From Neophaeotheca triangularis (taxonomy: Eukaryota), in assembly GCA_054600435.1 (NCBI GenBank), contig BAAIJX010000001.1, positions 1 through 64,000 on the forward strand: 64,000 nucleotides of DNA. The letters run 5' to 3'. A program made the translations under genes and the position numbers. Under the pieces are notes generated by a model, which ran no database searches, was not told the DNA's origin, and saw nothing but the letters and a program-made list of their open reading frames with translations. Below, one piece after another: positions 49,001 to 62,200 of the stretch (position 1 is the stretch's first letter; each line of letters begins with the position of its first letter).

Positions 49001-49421
49001 AGCTTACCTCTTTGTATACTATGATATTGACCTTGACGCCTCGATCAGCAGCCCTTTGTAGCAGACGATCGAGACGATACTCTTCGTGCTTTGCCGGAGG
49101 CCGCCTCAGATAAAGCTCGGGACTCAACCACCAGTCCAGGATCCAGATGGACTCCCGAGCGTTCTCCAAGGCCATGCTGACGGCCCACATGTAATTGCAG
49201 CCGTCGACATACCACTTGACTTCGTTACCTTCCCTTTGCGGAGCGAAGCTCTGGTAGCGGTGCAGGTGGTGGCTGTCCCCGTCAGAGCAAGCGCTCGCGT
49301 GTTGTTGGTGGTGAGTGTGAGAGGTGTGGGCGTGGTCGTCTCCGCCGTCAGCCAAGTGTTTTTTGATTCTGTAGCCTACGTCGTGCGCGGCCTTGTGCAT
49401 CTTGTCGAAAAGGAAGGCCAT
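46005..49421 (-). CDS. Phospholipase D (two HKD motifs, no PX/PH seen), multi-exon including a 19-nt exon 48924-48942
   Basis: [72 protein letters not shown] and DSEIA motifs. Confidence 0.93.
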
Positions 49422-50199
49422 GATGTTGGAAAGGGAGCAGTCGCTCTGGGAGGGGGGGGGAAGGAGATGGATTGTTTGCGTGTTTGTAGTCTGTTGCTTC
49501 GCGTGATGTTGAAACGCGCGCGTGGGTGCTCGTCGAGGATGAGTCTCGCAAAGTAGAATACCGTAGACGGCGAAAACTAGTACCTGCCTGGTCTAGATGC
49601 TGCCAGCCAGCGCCGTACACGTATGGTAAGCTGGTATTCGCGGCGTGACGTGTGGGCTTGCTCTTGCATGTGCAGTGTGCAGTGTGCAGTGTTAAGGGTG
49701 AGTAAGGTAGCCAGGGTGCGTTGGTCGAAGGAGGAAGAAGATGAAGATTGTAAGGTTACTGTATTAATAAGGTAGTGACAGCAAAGCACTGTGCCTAGTA
49801 ACTAGTAGGCAGGTAATAGGTAGGTACTGCCTACTCTCCGGAGTTGTTCAATGCCAATGGCTTGTCTATCTCCAGCCTGAGGTCGACTAATGAGTACAGT
49901 CAAACAGTGTACTGTGCTGTGCCTGAGGTGGCAATGGTGGGTACCTGAGGCATCTGACAGAAAGCTCCAAAGCGGGGTAGGTAGGTAGGTACCTAGATGC
50001 TAACCTGTTACTACATACAGTACCTGCTGTAGGTAACGTAAAGTACCTAATAAGGGATAGGTTAGGTTACTGGAGGGGGCCGGAGGCATTGCGGCTGAGA
50101 GCTCTCCCGTCTCTCTCTCCCTCCACGTCGCCTCCCAATGCCAACGACAGGACATGCATCATGGATCCATGGTGGTAATTAGCGAAACGTCCATGTATC

Positions 50200-50545
50200 C
50201 ATGATTATCAACCCAAATCTCTTATCGTAGGGAATTGCCTCGCCGGCGGCCACGAACAAGAACGCGATAAGCCTCGAAATCATGTCAAAGAACCATCTCC
50301 GGCCGTCCATCCAAAGCATGACGTCCACCCACCTCCCCCTCCACCTCCACCTTGGGTAGGTACCTTAGGTTATCCATCATTCTAAGGTTGCCGAGACGAT
50401 ATCATCACATCCATATCACCGTCCCGCCCTCTCCTCACCTCTTCCCATTACTAAACACCCACTAGCCCAAAAGCCGCCTAGGTGAACCAACGTCATGTCC
50501 CCTTATTATTAAACCAGCTATCGGTGCTCCCAAGAGATAACCACT
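50200..50545. promoter_or_regulatory. Cluster of GATA motifs upstream of cyanase
   Basis: TTATC 50205, CTTATC 50221, GATAAG 50266, TTATC 50370, GATATC 50398, AGATAA 50535. Confidence 0.4.
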
Positions 50546-50666
50546 GCACCTCTTTCATCTCTCTCCCAATCACCACCCCGCCCACACCTCTCCCACCACA
50601 TACACCGCTACCTCCATATCTACCTACCAACCTCCATAAAAGCCACCCATCCAGCTACCACCCACC

Positions 50667-51308
50667 ATGGCCTCCCCAATCCTCTCCTCCCTCCGACAAG
50701 CAACTCGAAGCACTCCCCGCCTCACCAACCGCCTCCTCGCACCCACAACCACGCACCTCCGCACCCAAACCTCCACCTTCCGCACCACGACTCCAACCAT
50801 GGCCGCCCAAGGCACCTCCTCCGGCCACCCAGTCACCATCCTCGACACAAGCCTAATCCCGCGCCTCCCCGCCGCCTCCCCAATCCTCTTCGCGGCGAAG
50901 AAGCAAAAAAACCTGTCCTTCGAAACCATCGCGCAGACCCTCGGCCGCGACGAAGTCGCCTGCGCCGCCCTCTTCTACGGCCAAGCCAAAGCCTCGCCCG
51001 AAGACATCACCAACCTGTCCAAGATCCTGGAAATCCCGGAAGCCGTGCTCAACGAGACGGAGCTCGCGGGTTTCCCCGACCGCGGCAAGACCATGGAGAT
51101 GCCGCCCAAGGAGCCGCTCATCTATCGTTTGTACGAGATTGTGCAGAATTACGGGTATGCTTACAAGGGCGTGTTGAACGAGAAGTTTGGCGATGGCATC
51201 ATGAGTGCGATTTCCTTTTCCACAAAGGTCGAGAAGGAGACGGATGAGAAGGGTGAATGGGCGGTTATCACGCTTAGAGGGAAGTGGTTGCCGTACTCGC
51301 GCTTCTAA
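50667..51308 (+). CDS. CYN1: Cyanate hydratase (cyanase); second in-frame ATG at 50799
   Basis: [46 protein letters not shown] and GKWLPY motifs. Confidence 0.96.
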   Translation: MASPILSSLRQATRSTPRLTNRLLAPTTTHLRTQTSTFRTTTPTMAAQGTSSGHPVTILDTSLIPRLPAASPILFAAKKQKNLSFETIAQTLGRDEVACAALFYGQAKASPEDITNLSKILEIPEAVLNETELAGFPDRGKTMEMPPKEPLIYRLYEIVQNYGYAYKGVLNEKFGDGIMSAISFSTKVEKETDEKGEWAVITLRGKWLPYSRF

Positions 51309-52554
51309 GCGTTGCCGTCTGAGGGGACGGCAGTGTTTATATATCTGTGGGATCGGCGATGTAGCTGAACTGGGTTTCTTGTACATACATATGCGGGATG
51401 CAAGCAACGATTCGTTTTTCAAGTCTCTCAGTGCCAGTTTCTCGCCTCGTCGTCCTATTAACACCATAGCCCGTCGTCCAACCTCCCAAAGCACTTCTCC
51501 AAACCCAACTAGCAAAGACCCTTGACCAAGCCCACGAGAATCGGCCAGAAACACCTCACACCCTGTATTCCCTAAACCCCAAGTTTCTCCCAACCAACTC
51601 CCGGCTGTCAGCGCACCAAACCCATTCCAGCCTCCAACCCTCCAAACCACATACATACATACATACACTCACACCGAAAAAAAAAAAAAAAAGACTGCGT
51701 GAGCAGTACCTAATGTACATACATACATAGATACACCAAACATAAACCCAAGGGTAGTAGATTTGCAATGTATTTCCCTTTCTTTTTTTTTTTTGTCTTT
51801 TGGAGGGGGGATGTCTTAAGTCGAGGAAACGTCGGAAAAGAGACAGACCTACTAATAGGCCATGTACGTGCAGAGTCAGAAGCATACCTACTAGCCAGGT
51901 ATCACAGTAGTGACTAAAAAAAGAAGCAAAGCGTCTCCCAAACCCAGGACCAGCGACCTACCTAAGCGAAGCGAGGGAAAGGGGTCCGGTCGGGCACAAG
52001 GCAGCGAGGAGCGGGTGTGGAGAGTAGAAGAAGAAGAAGAAGAAGAAGAAGGAGGTGAAGAAGAAAAGAAAAAGGGGGCGCGGCCTGCTTGCACCGTCTG
52101 TTCATTGAGTAGATGAGGTAGATAGAGAGAGACATGCAAATTGGCCCAAAAAAAAAAAAGGGTTGGAAAAAAAAAGAGCCACCACCACCTTCGATCGTCT
52201 TTTTCAGAAGTGACGCCAGCTGCAACGCAACGCGTGGTACGTATCCAAGTAAGCCCAAGCAAGCAAGCAGTCTGACGCCCTGTACGTTTTGTGTGTGTGT
52301 GTGCGTGGGTGTACGTCTTTTTTCTTTTTTTTTTTGGGTGCCTTGCCAACCCAATCGAAGCCAATGTCATATCTGTCTGTCTTGGTACCGAATTCGGACC
52401 TAATCCCCATTCGGCCAACCCATTCTATCGCCAGTCAAGCCAGCTCAAAAACCGTTTCCATCGAACCCAAATGTTCCCGCCAGGCCAATTTGTCCGGGTC
52501 CAGCCCAACCCAACCCACTCGTCCTAACCCCTTCAGCATCTCATCAATCAAACC

Positions 52555-55179
52555 TCAAGCAACACCACCCCTCCAAGCCCTAGGGACGTCCATACTCCTA
52601 TTAACCCTCCCACCAGGCGTAAGCGGGACATTGACCCTCCCGGCCCCACTGCCATCGTCATCGCTATCCTCATCATACGCATCACTCAAACGAGCGAAAT
52701 AGTCCGCCAGCCCGGAAGTCGGGGAAGCAATATCATCGTATTGTGGTGGCGGGGTGATAAGGGCCGGGGGTGGGGCTTCTTCTTCGAAAGCTGGCGGGTT
52801 GAAGGAAGGCGCGCGGAGCATGTGGATTGGGCGATTGGGGGGGTGCGGGGGGTGTTGCGGGCGGGTTGCGGTGGGGGTCCCGTCGGCTGAGGTGCGGGCG
52901 GGTGGGTGCGGGTTATTGCGGGTGTTACCGTTGAGGTGGGCGGCCTGAGGGAGGGCGAGGCCGGGGGGTTCGACGTCGGGGGTTTGGAGAGATTGTGATT
53001 GCGGGTTAGGGGGCTGAGTTGGCTGGTGTTGTGGTTGTTGCGGTTGTTGCTGGTTAAGCGTATGGAGTGTTGGGACGAAACCGTTAGTTGGGGAGGTGCG
53101 GCGTTGGGCGCCTGGGCAGCCGCACTCGTAGAGTTGCGTGCCGTTGCTGTCTGCTTCTGGGGAGGTGTAAGCGGGGAGGGAGGTGTTAGCTTGCGTTGCT
53201 CGGCAGGAGAGGATGTGGAAGGGCGAGTCGATGGATATTTCAAAGTGCCGTCGCTTATTGGGGTCGGTTGCATCGGGTCTGGACAGGCGCATTACGATCT
53301 GAAAACATAAGGGATTAGCGATGGGTTCTCCACCAACGAGCTTTGCAGTCTAGCTTACCTTTATCCAATGGTGTACTTGGATGTTTTGATAAGTCGTATC
53401 GAAATGCAGTCTTTGGGTTCGATCCCTGTCCTTCATCGTATGACAGCTAGGCAATTGCACACTAAATTCCATTTCAGTGGGGCCAACGTTAGTGTCGCCT
53501 TCCAAGTTGCCCAGCAGGTTTGTTGTGTCGTTGGTCGGAACAACTTCACCCCTGGCTGCTCGTGCTCTTGCTTCGTAGGGAATACCACCACCAGATATCA
53601 CCCTCATAGTACTCCCCGGGAATGTACTCGTTGGAGGTCCGTCGGCTCGCTTCTCGAATAGAAGCACTTTTCGAGTCGGCTCCATTCTATGCACTCGCTT
53701 ATTGCTGCAGAAATATTCAATATTCTCGGTGACGAGCACTTTGATGCGATGACATTGTACCTTGGCGAGCGGTGTAAGCTTGAAAGCTATGGGAACCTGC
53801 GAGCCGAGTGGGAAGCTCTTCCCTGAAATGACAATGTCATAGTGTAATTGGTCTTCCCAGTTTCGGCTAATGGCGATTGGTTCGACTTGCTCCAACGAGC
53901 CTTCTGACGGTGCGCGAATCAGTGTTACTTCCTTGTTGCCGACAAGGTTTGCTCTGAAAGCACCCGAGCGCTCTACTATTGCCTCGAGCTCATACTTGAC
54001 TGAGCCGAGCTCGACATCGATTGTCTCCGGTAACCGGCTGTCGAGGGGCAGTTCAAAGTTGTAGACATAATCGCCGGGGAGGAAAGTCCTGTAGCCTTTG
54101 GAAGCGACAGATGGTCCAGTGTTGTCTCCTTTTCCAAAACTCCTTGATTGGTTGACGGCTAGAGACAACTTCTTTGCTTCCTTCGAGTTCAGATTGACAT
54201 TCGAGCTTGCTGGAGAGATGGCATCCAATCGAGACCCGCCCGGACCGGAGTTTTCACCGAAAAGCTTCACGTGGTCCGCATTGGTTCCCTTCTCTGCGCC
54301 CTCAAATTGTGCGTTGAAGAAAGGCCAGGTGTGTGACATGATCGTGTCTGTCTCGTCAAACTCCGTCTTCTTCGGCGGCACGCCTTCTGGCCATTTCGTA
54401 ATCGACTTCCCCTTGAACTTGACTGTTATAGCCTTAATCTTCGCGCTCTTCTGAACCCGTAAATGCAAGCTTCCTCGAAGCATTGCCGTACTACTCGTAT
54501 GGGAGTCCGCTTGCTCGAAACCTTGTAGGAAGAGTACGGGCTCCGCAAGGTGTATGCCCACGCTCACTCCATTGCCGGAAGCCAGAGGCTTTTCGTCGTC
54601 GAGGTTCATCGCGGGAACCGTTCCGCTATCGATCGTAGTTGGCCCGTTGGCCGCTCCATTTCCGTTGATACTAGGCCGAGGAGAATTTGTGTTGGCAGGC
54701 CGCGAATTTCTTACATCGCTGGTCAGTCGGGGCCTCGACACCATGCCACTGACGGGCCCTCCGATGCTACTCCTGATGCCGCCTCGCATGTTTCCCGAGT
54801 CCTCTTCCGACGCAGCAGCTCCTCCTCCGGACTCTTGTCCTTTGACAGGAGACCAAGACCTCCTGTTTGCCTTTTTCTTTTGCGAGGATGTGTCCTCTGT
54901 ACTGTCGTTGCGCCGCGCTGATGGCTGCGCTATTACACTTCTTAAGAACCTCTTTGCGTTTTCTCTCGAGACCGCCAGCTTAACTGTGGACCACCGATGT
55001 GTTTTCGCAGGCTGGGTTGCCTTTGCAGGCTCGAGTCTGTCACCGACTGCTTTGACTCGAACGAATCCAGGACCAGATCGGCGCGGTCTGAAGAGCTGTG
55101 GAGGTTTGTCGGGGGTGTCGCAAGGTCGGTAATAGAGACGACCGTGCGCGCAGAGAAGACGGATGGTATTATCTGCCAT
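52555..55179 (-). CDS. Alpha-arrestin (ART, Aly1/Aly2-like) ubiquitin-ligase adaptor; intron 53299-53358; start could be 54789
   Basis: LAEPVLFLQGF, LRGSLHL, YNFELPL, RNWEDQLHYDIVISGKSFPLG and HHWIK|IVMRLS motifs; LPAY and PPQY PY motifs. Confidence 0.88.
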
Positions 55180-57654
55180 TGGAAGAGCAAATTAGCGTCG
55201 AGTCGGGGGCAGTGGATTATTTGAAGGGAAAGGAGGGCTATCTCAAGAGTCATAGAATGGTCTGGGTAGGTAGCAACATGACAGCGAGGTGCAGCTCAGT
55301 CACTTGTCGACCGAAGCTCCCAAGTGAACCTTGGGAGGCTGTCTGAGGTCAAGTAATTTGGCATGATGCACCCGCTTCAAACATTCCAGAGCACAGTCAA
55401 TCATGACGCGCAGAGGCGAGGGACGAAGGCAGGTGCGAGTCTGCCCAGCAAAGGCACCACCGTCACCTCTTCCAGGAAAAAGCAAGAGAGCAAGTTAGGA
55501 GTGACGGCGCGCGCATCGCCGTGCCCGGTCGCGGGCTCTTGCAGTGGGCTTGAGACAGGGAAACGCCTGTGTAACTCACAATTTTCAGATTGCTACCTTG
55601 AGGAATGGCCGCGTGGAAATCCGGGGAGTGATTCAGAATCCCGGGCGGTCGCTGTCACTTGTTTCGGGACTGGTGCAGGACGAGTGCGTTGCTGCGTGTG
55701 CAATGCAGAGATGGGGTTCAGGTAGTAGGGATGCCGGATGTGTGCGGTCGGGTTTGGAGAAGGGTTCGGAGAGGAGGTAGGATAAGGTAGTAAGTTACTG
55801 TAAATGGTAGTTTGGCGGGAAACGCGCTGGCTGGCCTGGTCAGAGCCCGAGGAGAGACGATTCGAAGGCAGGGCTTGGCTTTGGACGGCGGATGGTGGAA
55901 GAACGGCGAGACGCTGTTGCTGTGGCTGAGCGAGCTAGGAGGTACAGAGAAAGGCTTTGTTTCTGATGCTGCCGGCCGGCCAGGTTGATGTCGCCCGGCA
56001 ATAATGCTCTCTCGTATCTTAGTAGTATCAATAATGACTGGATGCGGCGGGTACACGGCAAAGTGGACGCATGCGATGACCAGGCGCAGTCAGTCGTATA
56101 ATAACAATAATACTACTACTACTACTACCTAGCTACCTTACTGCGGTAGGACTGTAGGAGGTAGTAGGTAGAGTAGCAAAGCTCGGCGGGGTTTTGGTGG
56201 TGCAGCTGGGACGGGCACTCCCAGTAACTAACTACTGAAGGGCGAAGGGCAACCTGAACAAATCCTCCAAAGTCCAATCGTCGCTTATTGCGCAGGTGCT
56301 GGCTGCTCGCTCGCCGCTGTACCTCGTGTCGTAATTCCTACTAGTCGATGGGTACCTACTACTAGTAGGTAGTAAGGTAGGGTGGTACTGGTACGTAACT
56401 TAGGTATCGTGTTTTGAATGGACAGCCAAACGAAGAGGAAGGTTTTTGTTTTGTGACGTGCAAGACTTCAAACTATTGATGATCCCGTGCGTGTACCGTT
56501 CACCTGCGTTGGCTAGTAGTAGTAGTAGTAGTAATTGTAGTAGTAGTAGTAGTAGTAGTTATCCATGGGCCATTCCATCATTTCCTACCCTCAAGGTTCC
56601 TCTCTGCTAACATATGCTAACTTATTGACTACTACCTAGTAGGTACTACGCAACCGAGTCTACCGTGTCTACGTAGCCTTCTAGCCTTCCGGCCGCTGCC
56701 ATCCAATTCATCTAGCCGGATGCGCAAGAGTCAAGACCCAGATGTGTCCAAGAGCTTTCTTTCATCGTCATCTTGTTTTGGCACTTGTGAACTTACAATT
56801 ACACCTCGGGTCCTTTTCACCACTACCCACTATTAACCTTTGTCTTGCGGGTCTTCGGCAACCAACAAGAGTGATCCTCATCGTCTCACGAGTCACGACT
56901 TGTCATTCTGCAGAGACATGCTTCCGCGAAACGCCGCTGCCCAAGCATCGCATTCCCTGGTCTTGATTTGTGTACCATGCCTGATGTGGCAGACACAATT
57001 GGACCGGGACGAGCTGGCGTGACAAGATGAGGCGTGCTTGAAAACATTGGCGCCGACCCTTGGATGACCTCGGGACTGTCTGGAGGGGCGGCGATATCTC
57101 GCCTCGCATAATAATATCTGTCGTACAACAGATAAGTCAGGACCATCATCTCAGGCCGCATTATTGTTCTTTATCCAGATCACGTTGGCCGGGGTGGAGA
57201 AGTTTTGGCGGCGGAAAACACAATACGGGCGGGGGTGAGATAGCGATGTTTACTAGTATTCCTTGATACTACCTTCTACTGTGGTCCGCAGCCATGCTGT
57301 ACGATCATGTTTTGTAGCTCCTCGACCTTGATATGTTTATGCGCTCGTGAGACCACGTGCCCGATCATTGGAAGCGACGTCCAACTCAACACCTCATCTT
57401 TCGGAAGATGCCATGGCCGTGTCATCATCAAAGAATACCTACAGTGGCGTCGTGCATATTTCATGGCTATCATTTGTGATCGACAGAAGAAAAAAGGTAC
57501 TTGTCCCGCACTGCCGCTCTCCAATGTCGTCGATCTCGGCGTCAGACCCGGTGCCACGGCGAGGGGCATACAGTAGGTAAGGCGTTGTCAGCCTTGCTCA
57601 GCTGTAATCGATAAGATAAGATTAGTGAGATGACACACGTGCACGGCTGCCACT

Positions 57655-57674
57655 TTCGCGTTACCGCAACGCGT
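57655..57674 (+). promoter_or_regulatory. MCB-like cell-cycle elements
   Basis: TTCGCGT and ACGCGT lie 65-85 bp upstream of the BRCT gene ATG. Confidence 0.4.
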
Positions 57675-57738
57675 GAAGGACATGAACGTGAGTGTTTTCA
57701 CGTTTGGTCCGATTCTACAACCTGCTGGAAAAACAACC

Positions 57739-60410
57739 ATGGCGGTTCACGCCGAGTCTGGTACGTCTGTACCGTGCCGCTTGACCAGACCACAGGACGG
57801 AACTAATCATTCACTAGCTACCGGTCAACAGCCTCTCAACGGTGTCACTCTGTGCAGCACCTCGCTTTCCCAGGACTTACGCGTATGCTTCTCCAACACG
57901 CTCCTCAAAGAACAACGAAAGAACAATATCTGACTCGCTGGACTGGCAGACTCACGTCCAAAGCATCTCTACCGAACTTGGCGCGAGATGTCTCCTTGAT
58001 TTGACCCACGAAGTTACTCACCTACTCATTGGAAGCATCGACACACAAAAGTACCGCTGGGTGGCTAGAGAGCGGACGGACATCAAAGTTCTCATGCCCG
58101 AATGGATCACAGCAGTACGCGATTCTTGGAGGACTGGGGAAGACGTCGATGTTGCTGCGCTTGAAGAAAAACATCGTGTACCTACATTCTTTGGCTTGCA
58201 AATTTGCTTGACCGGCTTCACCGATACGACGCAACGCGACCAACTCTCCGAAACCATAAAAAAACACGGTGCCAAGTACCATGGAGATCTTATCAAGCAA
58301 GTCACTCATCTGGTCGCTGCGGTGCCGCAGGGAGCTAAGTACTTGCATGCTATGAATTGGGGCATTAAGGTGGTGTCACTCAAGTGGTTCGAGGATAGCC
58401 TACGCAGAGGTATGGCGGTTGAAGAGTCTCTTTACGACCCGAGGGTGGCTGTGGAAGAGCAAGGACAAGGCGCATGGAAGGAGGAGCCGCGGCCGCGGAC
58501 TGGTTTAGGGAAGAGAGGGCGAGAGGCGGAATCACAAAGTGCCGCAACAGATGGTGGTAAGAAGAGGCTGAGGAGAACGGCCAGTGCGAGGCTAGAGAGC
58601 CAAAGTCAGGACTTGCTGCATGGTATGAGCGTGAGGGACAGCATCTCGGCAATTGCAAAGGACAACCAGTGGGATGAGGATGGGGGTCGGTCGGTTAGTG
58701 ATCAGCCCGCGACAAGCACTACGGCGTTTGAAGGGAGCGATAGCTTCTCTGCCGCCCCTGAACCGCCGGTATTCGAAAGAGAAGAGCCCACAAAGCCGAA
58801 AGGGTTGTTTGCGGGTCTGGTCACGGCAATACAAGGCTTCGACACCGATATCCGACAGCGTCTCGCATCTGTCCTGCAAAACAATGGGGCGATGGTAGTG
58901 GAAAGTGCTGAGATGCTGAAACCCGACTCCGAGAACCCCTTCTCCAGACACCCTGATACTACCGTCATAGTGCCGCATGCCGGTCCAATCGATGTTCCAG
59001 TTGTGGTGGAAGACACCTTCGTAGCCACAGAGTGGTGGGTCGAGCGTTGTTTACACTACAAGACCAGAATCGATCCACGAAACGACGTTCTCAGCCAGCC
59101 GCTCCATGATATCAAGATTCCCGGCTTCGAGAGTCTTGCCATCAGCTCGACGGGTTTCACAGGTGTTGATCTCAGGCAATTTGCACAGGCTGTGAAACTA
59201 ACGGGCGCAGCTTATGAGGAAAATCTACGTCAACAGCAAGGTAGCAAAGGCCCCAAGCCTGTGCTCGTGAGCGCCGTGGATGCAGTCAGACAGCAAAAAG
59301 CATGGTACGCGACCAGGAACAACATTCCCGTGGTCTCCGCTGAGTGGTTCTTTGATTCGGTCAGAAATCGTTCCATGGCAGCGTACGACGTTTTCGAGGT
59401 GCCACTGCCTCCTTTAGATCTGGATGACACTGGCAGTCAAGCTTCGACCGGTAGTCCAACTCAGAGTGAAAGGCAACCTCGTCCAGCTTTTTCCAGCCGC
59501 AGGTACGTTAGTTTTGTCGTTTGTTGAGACAGTATGGTTGACGCTAATAACAGTACCTAGATCGGAGCCTCCCACCCGACTGTCCAACACACGAAGGAAA
59601 CATGCCACACCGTCCCTCCCGCTACAGGCATCGCGCCCAACCGCCAAACCAGCGCGAAGTTTGCAACCATTTGTCCATGAAGATGACGATGATGAAGATG
59701 ATGATGAGGCCGATGGCGCGGCACCAGGTTGTCTCAATGGTACCGCAGAGTATGAACATCCAGCACGATCCGCTCGACAGGTATCACAGCCATTGCAAGA
59801 GCTGAATCCGAACGCATCCCCTCACAGGAAGCAAAGTCAGCAGGATGACAAGCTCGCAGTCATCGACGACACTGCTGTAGAAGAAATGCCGCAAAAGGCT
59901 GCAGAGGATTCGGGCACGTTTACATCCGCTTCACCTGCAAAACAAGAAGTTCCAGAAACCACAGGGCAGCGCAACACAAACCATGAAGCTATAGCAAGCC
60001 TCGCGGCAATCGTGCAAGGTCGCCAGGACTCAATATCTCGACCAGTGTCTGCCTCGGACGAAATCTCTCCCGCAAAGAAGCGCAAGCAGAGACCCCTGGG
60101 TCGCGCCGTAAGTAGCATGAACAACCAATCATTCTCCGTGTCGGGCCCACAACTCTCCCACGCTCACGACAATCTCGATTGGGATGGCGAGAAGTCAGAG
60201 ATCAGTCTCAGCGCGCCAGCGCCGCCCAGTACGCAGCTGGGGTACGAGACTCTCGAGACGGAAGCACATAGGCAGCAGATGGGGAAGAAGATGGGGTTGG
60301 CCATGGACGAAGAGGGCGGGGGGAAGAGAGTCGCTAGTTTGGGAACAGTCAAGGACGCCGAGAGCAAGCGCGGTCCCGCCAAGGGAGTTCGCAGGACAGC
60401 CAGGAAATGA
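57739..60410 (+). CDS. Multi-BRCT checkpoint/replication protein, Rad4/Cut5/Dpb11/TopBP1 family; introns 57761-57817, 57883-57949, 59503-59560
   Basis: Four BRCT-like units (PLNGVTLCSTS..VTHLLIG..KY..PEWI; FFGLQICLTGF..VTHLV..LKWFEDS; TEWWVERC; ISSTGF..SAEWF) and a C-terminal STQLGYE motif. Confidence 0.88.
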
Positions 60411-60510
60411 GGGAGGACTCGTTGACATTGGCTACGCCACAAAGCTGCATGAAAAGCTCTATGGACTAGCTGCTACCTTACATACCCCTTCCAATCCCAA
60501 CACGCTCACA

Positions 60511-61609
60511 TCACAGCTTCAGCTCCCCCTGCATCCCCTGAACATGCTCAAAAGCCGGCCGAATAGCCGTGACGCTCGTCTCCCCCCTATTCACCGCCGC
60601 AATATCCGTATCCTCGCCGGCAGCCTTAGCCCTCTCTGCCAAATCCGTAAAACTCGGCGCCCACTTAAAATGCCTCGGCATCCCACCACCACCAACAACC
60701 CCACTCTTTCCCCCCTCACCACCACCCCCCACCTCCTCCCTCTCCCTAATCGCCCTCTCCTCCCCCTCCGCCCCCCTAACCTCCCCCCCTTCCTCAGAAA
60801 CCTCCCTAAAACAAGCATCCCTGCCCCACCTATTCTCAAACATCCGCGTCCACCTCACCGGCCTCCCCCGCACCCCCTCCAAAACAGGAACATTGACACT
60901 AAAAACCACTCTCCGCCCCTCAACCCCGTGCCCACCCCCCTCACCCCCTTTGCCCTCCCCGCACCAATCCCCCGCATACAGCCCTTCAACAACCCTCACA
61001 GCGTGCGCGCAACTCTCCGCCACAACCGCATCCTGCCTCTCGCGCGTGAAGAACGCGAAGCTCAGAGCCACGACTTTCGGCAGGCCGCAGACGGAAGCTT
61101 CGAGCGCGGCTCCCAAGGTGCCCGACGACAGGGCGAAGAGGGCGGTCGTGTTGCGGCCGTAGTTGGGGCCCGAGACGACGAGGTCGATGGGCGCTTTGGC
61201 TTGGAAGAAAGCGCCGCCGAGGCCGAGCTGGGCGCACGTTGCTGGGGTCGAGTTGACGAGGATCCACGGGTTGGGGTCTCGCGACGTGTCCGGCTTGGGT
61301 GAGTGCCGGTTGGGGTTTGCCGGGTCGTGGTCGCCTGGCGGTGTCGTCGTTGGTGGGTGGTAGTGCGTTGCTACTATGTCTTGGCCGACTAGGTGCGCTT
61401 TTCCTATCCAGGAGCGTTGGGTGTGTGGGATTATGACGCTGACGGTGTGGCCGGCGCTTGAGAGGGCTTGGACGAAGGGGAGGATGTAGGGGGAGGAGGT
61501 TTCTGAGGGCGGGCCGTCGTCGTTGGTTACCTGGAGAGGGGTTTGTTGGTGGGGGAGTGGCGGGAAGAGTTTTTGGCCAGAGGGTTGGGGTGCTTACTAG
61601 GATGTGCAT
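60511..61609 (-). CDS. SurE-family 5'/3'-nucleotidase; intron 61531-61597
   Basis: Spliced MHIL|VTNDDGPP; QRSWIGKAH, TPATC and DLVVSGPNYGRNT..SSGTLGAALEA motifs. Confidence 0.9.
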
Positions 61610-62200
61610 TTTGGGTGGATGGTGTTTATCTGGGGTTAGTTGCGATTTATCTTTGTCTTCACGATGTGGGAGCTGTATATGTATGTTTATTGGGGTGGTT
61701 GTTGTTCTTGATGCATGACGAGTTGCGAAGTCGGCGATAGCCCAAGCCACCACACATTTGCTTCAAGTAGGTTGGAACGTACTAGACACCAACAGGGACA
61801 TCGATACCCATACCTTTAATACGTCGAGATGATGGAGGCAGGTCGAAGCAGAGAGTCTTCTCAATCAGATCATACACGTGCATTTCGTCGAGACCTAGTG
61901 ACACTCAAACTCTAACCCTAAAGCAGCTCACTCAACTGTAGTACCACGTAGGTAGCGAAAGGTACACACCGAGCAAGATATCTCGACGACTGTGGCCATT
62001 CCACAAGAAAATGTCTCTAGCCAACATAATCATACAAAAGGGGCGCTGATGAACACCACCAGATACAACGAGTCCTCGCAGCCCGCAAACCTCGCAGGCC
62101 AACCAACCCAATCGCAACCACATGACCCTCTTTAGACCGACCCAAAACGCCATCGCTAAAGAAGACTATCACATCCCACAGACCTCAGAACCCGCGCACC

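Noticed and set aside
27647..51308. Secondary-metabolite or cyanate-detox gene cluster
   Set aside because: No PKS, NRPS or terpene synthase, and no carbonic anhydrase beside the cyanase.
51600..52350. ORFs over poly-A/T, (CATA)n, (GAA)n and (GT)n tracts
   Set aside because: Simple-sequence 3' UTR/intergenic DNA between convergent CYN1 and arrestin genes.
60184..61302. 372-aa plus-strand ORF
   Set aside because: Antisense to SurE and overlapping the BRCT gene end; produced by C-rich skew.
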